Source: Phoronis australis (Eukaryota; Animalia; Phoronida). Taken from it: a DNA stretch of 64,000 nucleotides. Positions within the stretch are counted from its first letter, which is position 1. Each line of letters opens with the position of its first letter. Below, in pieces: positions 28,501 through 39,700 of this stretch. A program made the translations under genes and the position numbers. The notes beneath the pieces were generated by a model. It made no database searches. It had not been told where the DNA came from and saw only the letters and a program-made list of their open reading frames with translations. The stretch spans positions 786,911-850,910 of the forward strand of contig NMRA01000032.1 of the NCBI GenBank assembly GCA_002633005.1, given 5' to 3'.

Positions 28501-30537
28501 TTATCCAATCATATCACTGGCTGTTACCATGCTACTTGACTTGGGGTCATGAAAGTACGGTCTCACATTATTGGTCATGGACTGTTAGGATGCCCAGAGA
28601 AATAGGGAAACCCATTTTGGACACCATATTTTTGGATTCCTAGATGAACCCGTTTCTCGCAGTTGAAAATCAGCATTATATCAGAATAAAAATTTTCTGC
28701 TCATTTTCAAATGTTCACCGCCTGGTTTTATTCTGGGTTTTTGAGCGACCTTAAAGAAACCTAGAGTCATGAATTTTTACCAAATTTTTTGTTCTACCTG
28801 CATGTATTTGAATGCCAACTGATCCCTTATTCAGTAGATGCCCAGACGCTCTATTCAATTAAATATAGGTTGGACATGAGTTCAGCAGTATACCATGTTC
28901 TTTTAGGCTTCACTAGAAATCAAAGGCCAAAGACCTTCCTATTCAAAGTGACAAGCAACAAGTTTGAAACTCCAAGAGCTTACAAGTACAGCAGAGAAAA
29001 ATAAGGGAATGCAACTTGCCTTAAAAATATTGAAATTGTGTGAAAGGAGACCATCACTTACATTTCAGAATAATGCCATGTCCACAACATGTTACATATT
29101 TTTGATTGTTGTATCATTCAGTACAGTAGCCTCATAAATTAATACTTTTTAAATCCCGAATAACCCTGGTGGTAGAGTGATTGATTAAAAAGCTGAAGTC
29201 CCACAGCAAACGAGCTGAAGACATATGGTTGAGCTTTCATTTGATAACAAAGTTTCAAAATTATCCAACTGTGAACAACAACATTTTTGATGTTTCGCTA
29301 AATTTAAAATGACAACATATAGTGTGACGTCAATACATCAAACATTCTTATGTTTTCTTTTCTGGTAGGACTAATAATCTACTAGAACGGTCTCCCATCT
29401 ATGTTGCCTCCTCACAGCACTCGCAGACAGGTGACATCTCCAAAACCCTTTGAACATTTCCTTGACATAGAGCACATGGACTGTAATAGTTTTGTCTTCA
29501 ATGTCGCTTATAAAATGAAGGCCGACTGTTTGGAAAAAACGTTGATTGCCGCAGTAATTTGTTCTAGTTGGAAAGACTAAATGCACGACCTCCTAAGGCA
29601 TATACCTCTATGCCCGAAAGATATTTATAGTGACGTGACTTTGGTGGGTTAGTCAGGATGAAGCGTTATTGGCATTCATGGTAGGATTGCCATAGCCTAG
29701 CAGTCCACGAGCCTCTCAGATGTACAGCTGGTCAAACACAAAAATCTGCAACTGTCTCTTACATGGGTCTCTGGATTTCGAGAACCAGGTACTCAATGGA
29801 GAAAACTGGATCTCAAATAGAGCTCTCTCCCTCCCTCCCCCCTTCCAGCTGAGAGTACAGTGGATTTACCTAGTGAAAACGTAGCTTATTCCGTGAACTC
29901 ACTTTTCTGAACTCCAGACAGGATTCTCTTCCATTTTCTTAGTCCTTTAGGCAATTAAAACATGAAACTGCAGCAATTGAGGCTGTGAGCATGTACATAA
30001 AAATAGACCCAGCTCTTAGGATGTAACGACGTTTTCAAGGCAAAGGATTTTTCACGACAAAAACAATGACCACTCCAACATGCATATCAGGTGACTGCAA
30101 GGCTAACATTGCCAAAAGTCAAAACCGTTTAAAGATTTTGAAATTCTGAAGACTTGCAATCTTCAACGAGTTCCAAAGAATACTTAAGACACTAATTAGC
30201 GAACTAGGAACAACGAATGAAACCGTGTATATGGTGAAACAAACATCAAGCTTCTGGTTCGGCAGAGAAACACATCTGACGAAACCGCTCGAGGTCACAG
30301 CCACAGTCAAATGATAAGGTTGACTGCAGCCGTGAATTTATCAAGCACCAGGCAGGGAAAACGTGACTAGGAACCAGAGCAATTATACACGAATGACGGG
30401 TTGCATGAGGTGGTTTCACTGTCTGTGTTGCGTTATCAACTAACTAGATAGTTTCCACCGTGTTATCAATGAAATATTCACCTTCGGACCCGAACACGCT
30501 CAACCGTGGTCGCATCCATGCGAAACTTTGACGCCAT
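16552..30537 (-). CDS. ABCD4: ABC transporter subfamily D member 4 (lysosomal cobalamin transporter), complete, 15 exons, 616 aa
   Basis: Exons on the minus strand, 5' to 3': 30482-30537 (ATG GCG TCA AAG), 28025-28143, 26774-26901, 26260-26399, 25673-25789, 24755-24880, 23264-23409, 22778-22899, 22063-22154, 20889-21005, 20207-20301, 19363-19473, 18392-18514, 17159-17338, 16552-16730. They total 1851 nt in frame. Motifs: [49 protein letters not shown] (EAA-like), Walker [24 protein letters not shown], the ABCD4-type signature LSPGEMQR, Walker B VLDEATS and H-loop SVAHR. Confidence 0.95.
20486..20545. repeat. (AAT/GAT)n low-complexity microsatellite
   Basis: Run of aat/gat/agt triplets. Similar tracts occur at 55447-55542, and (ATACTG)n at ~48680-48718. 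Confidence 0.85.
21186..21374. mobile_element. Non-autonomous hAT-like DNA transposon (MITE), contains an N
   Basis: 13-bp perfect TIR CAGGGCTTGGAAT / ATTCCAAGCCCTG, flanking direct repeat TAAAAC on both sides, and internal repeated (CC)GCGGAA(A) motifs. The N at 21228 may hide missing sequence. Confidence 0.7.
22308..22630 (+). mobile_element. tRNA-derived SINE in ABCD4 intron
   Basis: Pol III A-box-like TGGCACACTGG (22317-22327) and B-box GGTTCGAATCC (22361-22371) at tRNA-like spacing without a closed cloverleaf, followed by a ~160-bp body and a (TAC/TAT/TAA)n tail at ~22540-22630. Boundaries are approximate. Confidence 0.6.
24184..24623. mobile_element. Tc1/mariner-type MITE with subterminal repeats
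   Basis: TA|CTGGGGTTTTCCGTAGATAAGC ... GCTTATCTACGGAAATTCCCAG|TA (22-bp TIR, 2 mismatches, TA flanks), with internal AATAAACGCCCAT / ATGGGCGTTTATT repeats in both orientations. Confidence 0.8.
25170..25320. repeat. Degenerate ~21-bp minisatellite (TTCTGATGATGTCATACCCA-like)
   Basis: Repeated (t)ctgatga(tg)tcataccca units visible by eye. Confidence 0.7.
25337..25387. repeat. 17-bp perfect tandem repeat x3 (TTTAGCACGTATGGCAG)
   Basis: Three identical adjacent copies. Confidence 0.95.
25595..25672 (-). repeat. 40-bp-period duplication of the first intronic bases after ABCD4 exon 25673-25789
   Basis: TGCCCCAGTAAGTCTTGTTAC.GGGAATTTTGGCTCAC at 25595 and 25635; each copy ends in CTCAC, which is the GTGAG donor on the minus strand. 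Confidence 0.9.
27801..28031 (-). repeat. Minisatellite with alternating 49/42-bp units ending at the donor of ABCD4 exon 28025-28143
   Basis: GAGA(C/T)CAGA anchor at 27813, 27862, 27904, 27953 and 27995 (spacings 49, 42, 49, 42). Confidence 0.9.
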
Positions 30538-31479
30538 CTGTTGGTCAGTTTTGCTTGGGTGAGCAGATAGCCGCCGCGATAGACGGCATTTTCTCAGGTG
30601 CCAGAGCCGGTATGCCGGGACCTGGGAGTAACATATTCCTCGATCGCAACGCTGTGTGTAAAAATCTAGGCGACCAGACTGGTTGTCTCAGTAGTCGTAT
30701 GCATAGAATGGGTGAATAAATCGTCTGCTCGTGCCGGTAGCCAATCGCTTATTGGGTAGCATTAGATAGGCCTTACGGGGTAATTTTTGACTAAAGAGCA
30801 CACAGTTTCAGGTTAGGGGTTAATCGATGTCGTCGAAAACGAAAAAAACTCCCTACTAACAACATGTGGAAACGTAGAAAGGTGAAACACTCCTCAATAT
30901 TTGCGCAGTTACTTATAAAAAGGATGAGCTTGGCTTGTATAAACATTTTCCTTTACTACTCGGCGGTATTCCGAGAGTACACTGCTTAGCATGATGAAGT
31001 CAAGTGGCGCGGGAACTTAGAAATGGAAACACATATTGTCTTATAATAACTTGAGACTACAAAAAATACTTACTGGGCTCCGCGAGGTGAAGAATCACAT
31101 ATTACGACAAAAAGTTTGAAGCTGAAAGATTAAGATCTGCTCATTTAGAGAGGGGGTGAAAAAATGGGATCCATCTAAGTTACTATCCATGAAAAAGTGA
31201 CCTTTTTTAAGGAATTCTGAATTTGTTCCACTACAGAAATATCTTTATGTAAGGATTAATTCCATGAAGGGAACCTTTTGGGTAGTTAGAAAAGAAAACT
31301 TTTTGCCTGTGTGGCTTCGAACTTCCAAAGTGAACCCTTTAGTTTATTTTGTCAGAAAAGGCACCATTTCGAAGAGATTTCAGTGTGTCAGTGCCGAAAA
31401 CATTTCGCAGGGAATTTGGTCATGAAATGTCACCTTTCTTATTGGCACGTCTCGTGTACCTCATCTGTAAGAAAATACC

Positions 31480-31752
31480 CCGGGCATGCGCGCACCCAAT
31501 CTAAAAATGGGGTCTCTCGAATTTTTGAGAATGTGACCTTTTAATAAAAAAACGGGGTACGTTTACAGCTGTGAATTGTGCATTCGCCGAATTTTGGTAG
31601 TTCCTGCCTTTTTAGTGCTCTTTTGTCTCGTTTTCTACTGTTTCGGACTTTTTGTTTCTCTGAGGCGAACTTTTTGCCCACTTCGCCAGATCGGGGCTCG
31701 TTCGCCCCCCCCCCCCCCCCCCCCNCCCCCCCTCTGGGTGCACGCATGCCGG
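31480..31752. mobile_element. Putative non-autonomous DNA element with GC-rich TIRs and a poly-C tract
   Basis: CCGGGCATGCGCGCACCCA (31480-31498 approx.) is an imperfect inverted repeat of TGGGTGCACGCATGCCGG (~31735-31752). A C-run containing an N (31725) lies just inside the right end. No clear target-site duplication. Confidence 0.5.
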
Positions 31753-32517
31753 GACCCCCAAACTGTTGGTCTGATAGTCCAAATCCAGCCTGCTTTTATG
31801 TACACAGACAGTTATCTAAATTTAATCTGTAAGTGATGTGAGACGTTGTTTTTGGTTAATGGCGTTCTTTAGTAATCATTTCGTATAGACTGTCAGTACT
31901 TTTTGTGAAAAGCACCCATTAGTTACAACATTTATCATGTCTGATGGTTTCTCAACTTTTGTCTTTGTTTTAATTAGAATAGGAGATCAAAATTGTTATG
32001 TTGGTCCTACCCTGAACACAAATTCAGCGATTGTTTTCCAAAGAAGTCTTAACGGCAACTGGTAACAAACTCCTGAACTACATTACTATTTATTATTAAA
32101 ATATAAATGTACATCTCGACTTTTGGTACTTTAGTATCAAGAGACTGGAAGTCATTGCACAAAACACATTTCATATTCATTATGCGTTGCTATGTACGAC
32201 AGCATGTTACATCCCAGAATATTTCATTGTCTGGTGACTGTAATTATTTTTAAGTTCTTCACAGAACACATTCTTGTGGAAGTTCTAAAATGGTTATTTT
32301 ATGGTGTTCCTATTTCCTAAATATATAATATATATATGAAAAACACAGTTTCTCCATGTATAAAAATGTTTTTCAATTTAAATATATTGAGGAAAGTTAT
32401 CTATAATTTGATTTCATAAAAACACGTCATTATCTTTATTACATAATAAGGAATGACGTAACAAACAAATAATCATTCATCATTTTTATGTGCGTGGTTA
32501 TCCATTGCTGAAGATCG

Positions 32518-34058
32518 ATGTTTTCCTTAGTGGAGGTACAAGAATTCAAAAAGATGGATGGGACGAGTTCCCATAAAAAATACGTGTTGAAAAAGACGAA
32601 CGAGAGGCTCAAACTTTATATGTCAAGAGAGAGAGCCAAAAAAACGAATAGAGCTATGCATAACAATAGTACCCATTGCTCTACTACTAGTCTAAAGCCG
32701 CGCAGACGACAAGTCATTTGTGACGAGGATGACTTAGGAAGCGTTGATCATGAGGGGGTGGTAAAGGGTGACGACTTTCCACTCCCTGGTTGTTCCACTG
32801 AACCCCAAAAACAGACAATACAGTACAGAGGTATACGTAAGTAACGTTCTAGTACTCGTCGAGAGCCTCGAAGGCCTATGGAAGTCATCCCTGAGGAGGA
32901 TGTCGGGTTGGGATGTTCCAATTCCGAAGCCAAAGGTGAAGCCAAGGCTGACAACGCATCGCTGCCCAGATGTTCCAGTGATGCTGATCAATTTGAAGAT
33001 ACTAGCAATACTTACTGCACAGAGGTACCGGAAAATAGTTTGCACATGTTTCCGGAAGGAGCAACAGAAACTGAATGACGTCCCAGTAGCAAGTAGGCCT
33101 ACTAGTGAGAACGGAGGAGGTTTAGATAAAGACGGCAAAGAGCGAAAGTTATCCTTTTTCCAGAGAGCAGTCTTTAAATTGAAATCGGTATTTTCCAAGA
33201 AGAAGGGCAATGAAACCAATAGAAATTGGTCTGAAAATGAATCAGCTTTTCCATTTTCGACGTTCAAGACGTCGCCGTTTGTCGATCTTCCAGACTTTGA
33301 GTCTAAATTTGGTGCGACTGTTGTTCACGATCCTATGAGCTATCATTACGTTTATCGTGACGAAAAGCCCGTTGACATAGATCGAGGAAATTATGATGGC
33401 TGTGTGTTTCTGGTTGAGCAACAGCAGATGTTCTACACTCTAAAAGTGTTTCGCAAGAAGTCATCATCTTTATACGACGCCTGGAAAGAAGTCGAAGTTT
33501 TCCAGTGTGCCAATGAGAAGAGAATCAGGCCTCAATTTCGAGCGTTTTTCCCGTTAGAAGAAAATTCGATTCATATTTCGTGGGGAATTTTAATTGACTT
33601 TGCTGGAAGCGCTATCGACAAAGGACAGACACTGCGTCAACTACTCAGGCCTCAGCGACTACAAGAAAAAGTCTGGGTTTACTCCGCTGACTGGCCGAGA
33701 GTGGCTTGACGTTCTGATCAACATATGTGAGCAGGTTAACGTTCTGAACAGAGCAGGCATGGTGTTGAGAGCCGTGAGTGCGGACAACATAGTAGTGATC
33801 AAGGCCAATGGTTTGTACGAGGCACAGTTCTTGGATTTTCGAGACGCAGCGTTATTGAAGCACAATTCCTGTGCCACGTATTACGGCGACTTCGTTAAGG
33901 TACACGATCTAATGGGCCTGATCAACTGGGAGACAAACTCCAACGAGAGATTCTACGATACTCGTCAACTGATGTTTCAAGTGCCAGCTAGAGCTACTTG
34001 GGATGACGTCATCAAGGCCCTGAGGACGGAGAAGTTCTTCACCCGCTTTATCTTTTAG
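32518..34058 (+). pseudogene. Intronless protein-kinase-fold (pseudokinase-like) gene with disordered N-terminus, disrupted by frame breaks
   Basis: Overlapping ORFs in three frames (32518-32844 and 32878-33078; 32768-33709; 33594-34058) join into about 510 codons. Kinase landmarks occur in order: IDRGNYDGCVFLV (Gly loop), YTLKVF (VAIK Lys), WKEVEVF (alphaC Glu), GILIDFAG..TLRQLL (hinge). After a frame change near 33646 come WLDVLINICEQVNVLNRAGMVLRAVSADNIVV (alphaE and catalytic loop, HRD replaced by LRA) and FLDFRD (DFG-like). TATA-like tataaaa near 32359 and AATAAA at 34391-34396. Confidence 0.7.
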
Positions 34059-35110
34059 AAGTAGTTTCTTTGTCAGACAAATGATGCCAGCTCATTCGTG
34101 CGCGTGACGTACTTGCGTGCCGAAATCTGCTCTTCATGATGAGTCCGCGGCAAAACATTAGCGCACATCCGATTTTTCCAAGCGCCTGTACTATCAGCAC
34201 AACGGACGCTGAGCCTGAAATACTAACTATGCAAGAAGACTTACGACGTTAGTTTTAAGACATCGGTACTACCAACTTGCAACTTGCTATTGTATTATGA
34301 TGGGCATCTGACGGTCTTCTGACTTGGCTGCTAATTTTGATAAGACGATTAATTGCTTTGAATTGTTTCATTACTTTTATTTGTCTTTGTAATAAACGTT
34401 TATCAAGGTTTCTTATCAAGTGGTGTTTATTTATTTATTTATTGATGAAGTATTTATTTCTCTGGCACTAGACGGGCATCAGAGAGCAGAATCTTTCGAA
34501 AATTAGCGTACTCCAACACCAAGCCTCACCTTTACAGGAATCATGTCTTCTCGCGCTTCATAGTACCAAATGCATCGAAACGTCTGGAAAATCGCTGGCC
34601 CGCTGCCAAAAACGCTAACATAAAATATTTTCAGCATCAGCGTGAATTCAATACATGAAATTGACATTCTGAAAAATTTGAAGTTCCTGCATATGTTGGA
34701 AGAATATTAACGGGAGAACCGTGTAGCTTGATACGGTACCTTATTCACCTGTATTGCCACGTACACTTCAATGAAGATCATTGTCACCTTATCTTATGTA
34801 GGTCTATTCTGAGCCACACAAGGATAAATTTCGAGACGCATGCTCCATGCCCCTTTAGTCTGTACTCATGTTTTCCAGTCATAGTGATGTTGTTGTCTCC
34901 CAAAGTGATCAAGGGACACCCGTGCGAGTTCGCCCCTTTTCATAAAAATTGCCTAACAGTGAATTAGAGCTTCGATATCAGTTTTCTTGAAAGTTGTTGG
35001 TTTTAGTGGGTTGAATGTGACGTGCATTCAAGAACTGTACGTACAATTTTTGTGGTATAATTTCTGTTTGAAAAAATAAATTTAAGGGGGCAAACTCGCC
35101 TCCGCTTGGA

Positions 35111-36504
35111 GCGAGTTGGTGCCCTCTTTGTAAAGATTACATGACGAAGAACTGCTTTACCAGAAGATTGTTTTTTATTTAACGAATCTACGATTAAAAA
35201 TAAATGATATTCAATCACATTACCTATTTTGGGAAGTTAAAATATCAATCTGAAATTACAAAACTGCATCTGAATGTGGAACACTAAATTCTGCTCAACT
35301 ATTAAACTACGTCAGTACTAATAATGAATTTCAATTATGATTAAATCGTAACATGAATACAAAAAACTATGGATCCTTTTAAAGAAATTGAGAAAGGCAG
35401 ATCGCGAACTCATTGGCATTATTCAACTGTCATCTCAGAGAAGCTGATCTGGGGTACGTAGGTTAGAGGAAAAAATATTTTTCAGAAGGGCGTTTTTATC
35501 TCGTGCTTCTTATATTTTTTAATTTTCTAAAAAACAACAAAATGCTGAAAACTCCTATTTCCGAAACTCCACAACTATCCTTTATGATCAATTCTTTTTT
35601 GAAAATCATTTACAATAGTAGGAAACCATGGAATTTTTCAACCATGCTAACTTAAGAAAATTGCTAACTTACCAAAATTTTTAGGTCTTTGTAAAAGATC
35701 ATGTAATGTCTACCTACCTATATTGCTTTTAAGCAGTTAAAACTGCTTGACTGCCCATATGCTTCTCATAAAATACTCTGACGGTGAAAATGCTCCGACC
35801 CAAATACGGCAACGNGCGAGTTGGTGCCCTCTTTGTAAAGATTACATGACGAAGAACTGCTTTACCAGAAGATTGTTTTTTATTTAACGAATCTACGATT
35901 AACTATAAATGATATTCAATCACATTACCTATTTTGGGAAGTTAAAATATCAATCTGAAATTCACAAAACTGCATCTGAATGTGGAACACTAAATTCTGC
36001 TCGTCAGTACTAATAGTGAATTTCAATTATGATTAAATCGCAACGTGAATACAAAAAACTATGGATCCTTTTAAAGAAATTGAGAACGACAGATCGCGAA
36101 CTCATTGGCATTGTCCAACTCATCTCAGAGAAGCTGAGCTGGAGTACGTAGGTTAGAGGAAAAAATATTTTTCAGAAGGGCGTTTTTATCTCGTGCTTCT
36201 TATATTTTTTAATTTTCTAAAAAACAACAAAATGCGGAAAACTCCTATTTCCGAAACTCCACAACTATCCTTTATGATCAATTCTTTTTTGAAAATCATT
36301 TACAATAGTAGGAAACCATGGAATTTTTCAACCATGCTAACTTAAGAAAATTGCTAACTTACCAAAATTTTTAGGTCTTTGTAAAAGATCATGTAATGTC
36401 TACCTACCTATATTGCTTTTAAGCAGTTAAAACTGCTTGACTGCCCATATGCTTCTCATAAAATACTCTGACGGTGAAAATGCTCCGACCCAAATACGGC
36501 AACG
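35111..36504. repeat. ~700-bp near-identical direct duplication joined at a single N (35815)
   Basis: 35111-35814 versus 35816-36504. Both start GCGAGTTGGTGCCCTC and end CAAATACGGCAACG; they differ by a few SNPs and small indels, including a 14-bp indel. Confidence 0.95.
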
Positions 36505-36749
36505 GCCGATTTGGGCCGGATTCCAATACGAAACAACTGAATACTGACAAAGATTTTATACTCTTTGATACTGATCCACTAAAGCTAAGTTCTTACCCAT
36601 ACAATAGAGGTCGGGATAAGTTGTCAAAATGACCTTGAACTTTATCACCTGATGCATTGTGGGATAAAAACAATGAAGTGTGTAAAAGAGCAGTTGATGT
36701 TTTGGAGGTGATTTCCTAAAAGCTGAGCACTCCCAGTTCGTTGTGTGCA

Positions 36750-39700
36750 ATGGAAAACGTCGAAAAGGATGTTGGGATACCTGCTAATAACCTCAAATTC
36801 ATCTCCAGTAACCGTGCAGTTTGTTTGGTATGTGACGAGTCTTTTTGTATCTTGCTATTGTCTTGACTCGGGTAGTCATTTTTGAGTCGGTGTGGCTGAA
36901 ACTTAGTGAAACTGAAAGTTTAACTTGAACAACAAAGTGCGGAAGCGTGGCCCTTGTAAAATTAGAGCCTACTCAGTTTCCCCCTTAACTCAGTTTCTGA
37001 CCTGTATGTATCTTAATGGAGCACCCAAACATTACTGTATAGGGAGATACTACTAGTGTAGTCCGAAAATAGGACCATTTTATCTTCTATCCCTGTTATC
37101 AGTTTGTACTAGTACTAGTAGGCAATTACATTGCCCTGGATGCTGCAGGCATACAGGGGCGATAAGTACATTCCCATAAAAAGTTACTCATTTCAAAATA
37201 CAGCGAATGAAATCGAATGAAACGTGCAGTTATAATGTTGTTATAATTAACACATACCATGACTCTGGATACAATTTAGTCAACAAAACTTGAACATATC
37301 CATGAAAATCTGTCGTAGTTCGATCGAGTTTCTCTCACCAAGTGCCATTTTGAGGACGTTATGTGAAATCACACCTGTTGACAAACAAAAAGTCCAATGG
37401 ACACAAATATAACAAATTTCACCTGATATCTTCCCATGCTATTTTGCAAGTGTCACGTACCATGTCACGCACTTCACATTCATTCTCAATGAATCGCGAC
37501 AAATGCTGAAGCCAATGTTCAGCTCACCACAGAGAATGTCCGAAGTCATGAAACAATGTCAAAAGACCTTTAAAATAAAGAATAATATGTCTAACGTGGG
37601 TGCTGTGTCTTATAACCGGCTACAGTTTACATGGTAGGTGTCACAATGCACCATGTAGCCTAGGGTTCCATAAATTGCGTGAAGCTGAAAAAACGACAAA
37701 GTAGAAACAGGCTCTCTTTTGTTACAACAACTTGTCCAATCGAAACGAATAACTGCGTTTTGGAAACTCAGCGAGACATATTTAAAGAGAAAGTCAACGT
37801 TTTTTATCAACAAAAAATAAATTTTAATTACTACCATGTTTACTGAGTGAAGCCAAATCTCAAATCATTTACGAGACCTCATTGGCGTGTTTCTTGAAAA
37901 AAAAAGTTTCAAGATATATTTTAGTGAATTCGCGATCAATAATTTGTAATACATAAAAAACGGCGATGGCATTATTTTTTTTAACCCTTTGCCTTATCTG
38001 AAATTGGCTGTGTGGCACTGCTTTTCAAGAAGAGCAGTGGAATTTTTTTGGAATCATTTACGAGACGTGCATAAATTCACTTAAGGATTTTTTAGTCATC
38101 ACGTTACCAGATATTGGATACCAGTTTTTGAATGATCGATAGTCGCTAATGAAAATTAAGACAAGTGCAAACACCACGTCACCTGTTTTTATAAAGCACA
38201 GTTACAAACAAACGACGTGTTTTAAAAAAGTAAAAATTTAGTTCAAAAGTTAAATTTTTGTATGTCCACGAAAAATACACAAGAAAGTAGAAAATACTAA
38301 GAGCTGTTTTTCTCAATTTTAAGAAGCATGCTGATTAATAAAATTGCACAATGAGATTGTTCGTTGTCAATGATAACAAACTAGACCGAAAATTAACCCA
38401 ACGAACGCGTTTTTATGTTTTCAAATAAATTATCCTTTTGCTCTAATAAAACAACAAAATAACTCTATAACTGCACTTGCTGAGCTGAGAAAATTGTTCA
38501 AAACTTATCATTCATACGTTAAACTAAGAAAAAATAATACGTTAGCTCCAGATGAAGATACTTGAAAATCGAGTGTCTCAGGTGTCGAATTGTCGCGATT
38601 CATTGAGAATGGCTGTTCAGTCTCGCACTAACCTTTGCCTAACTGACCCGACTCAGTTGAAATATTTTGTGGTTATCGCGTACACGGTGAAAAAATTAAC
38701 AGTGACCAAAAAAGTGGTGGAGTTGGAATTCTTTGCCAAAGTCGCCTTAATTCTCATAGTTATGCTTCATTGAAGATATGTGTAGAAGCAGAAAGGATCA
38801 CTGAAGAAAGTAAGCGCCTTTTTAAGTGATAGCTTTAAGTGTAGGATGTATTTTTGACGAGGTGAAAATTCTTAGTCAATGAGCGGATTTCACTTACCGT
38901 CCGTATAAAATAGATGGGACGAAATTAGTAGAGAAAGCGATGGGAAGTATTGTAGCCCCTAACCGCCAAACTGCGGGGCTACGTGTTGCCTAATCTACTA
39001 GTAGCTAGCCAGCTAGCTGGTAGGTGTATGAAAACTAATGTTAAAAACAGCTAGGGACCACTTAGACACGTAACCTGTCTGTAAATAAGTAGGAACCACT
39101 GTGTGTTAAGTTCCAATAGACCTTGAAATTTCACTCCGCCCAAGTTGTTTCGCTCGTCCCTTGTCATGAAACTTAAATTATATCAACTTGAAAAGCTAGC
39201 AACTGGTGGGGGGTAAAAGTGGAGTAAACAGGTCCTTCTTGAAAATGGCTGCTGTGAACCAGTTTCACTGAATAACGGACATTGCCATTATTCAGTGAAA
39301 CTAGTTCCTGGTAGCCATTTTGAAGAGGGACCCGTTTACTCCACTTTTACCGGTGGGGTGCACACGTAAAAGCTGGGAGTCAACTGACACTCACCTTTCC
39401 CGGGTGTTTCATTTTAAGTCGTTTAAAACAAATTATGTGATCCTGAAGTTAAATTAATGCCATTTAGATTAAAATATTGTAGAAATAAAACTTTCTTAGT
39501 CACTAATCAGCTTCAATTTTGTTTAAGGATTACATGCAAAGATGTTACTTCTGTTTTTTTATCATGCAGCTGTCTCTAACTTATCCTTTGAAATATGGAA
39601 ACCTATCATGTACGTCACAAGTCGGCACTTGCTATAGAGTGCATTGGCAATCATCTTCAAATGAGGTTAACATGACGTGCATTCGATGTTACAAAAAACA

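Noticed and set aside
30540-31000. Cobalamin riboswitch or other B12-responsive RNA element upstream of ABCD4
   Set aside because: No B12-box or other recognisable cobalamin aptamer features were seen, and none is known in animals.
31705-31733. Poly-C run giving poly-Pro and poly-Gly ORFs
   Set aside because: It is a homopolymer containing an N (assembly break) within a putative MITE, not coding sequence.
32734-33267. 177-aa minus-strand ORF opposite the kinase-like locus
   Set aside because: No recognisable domain; it looks like an antisense shadow of the plus-strand coding sequence.
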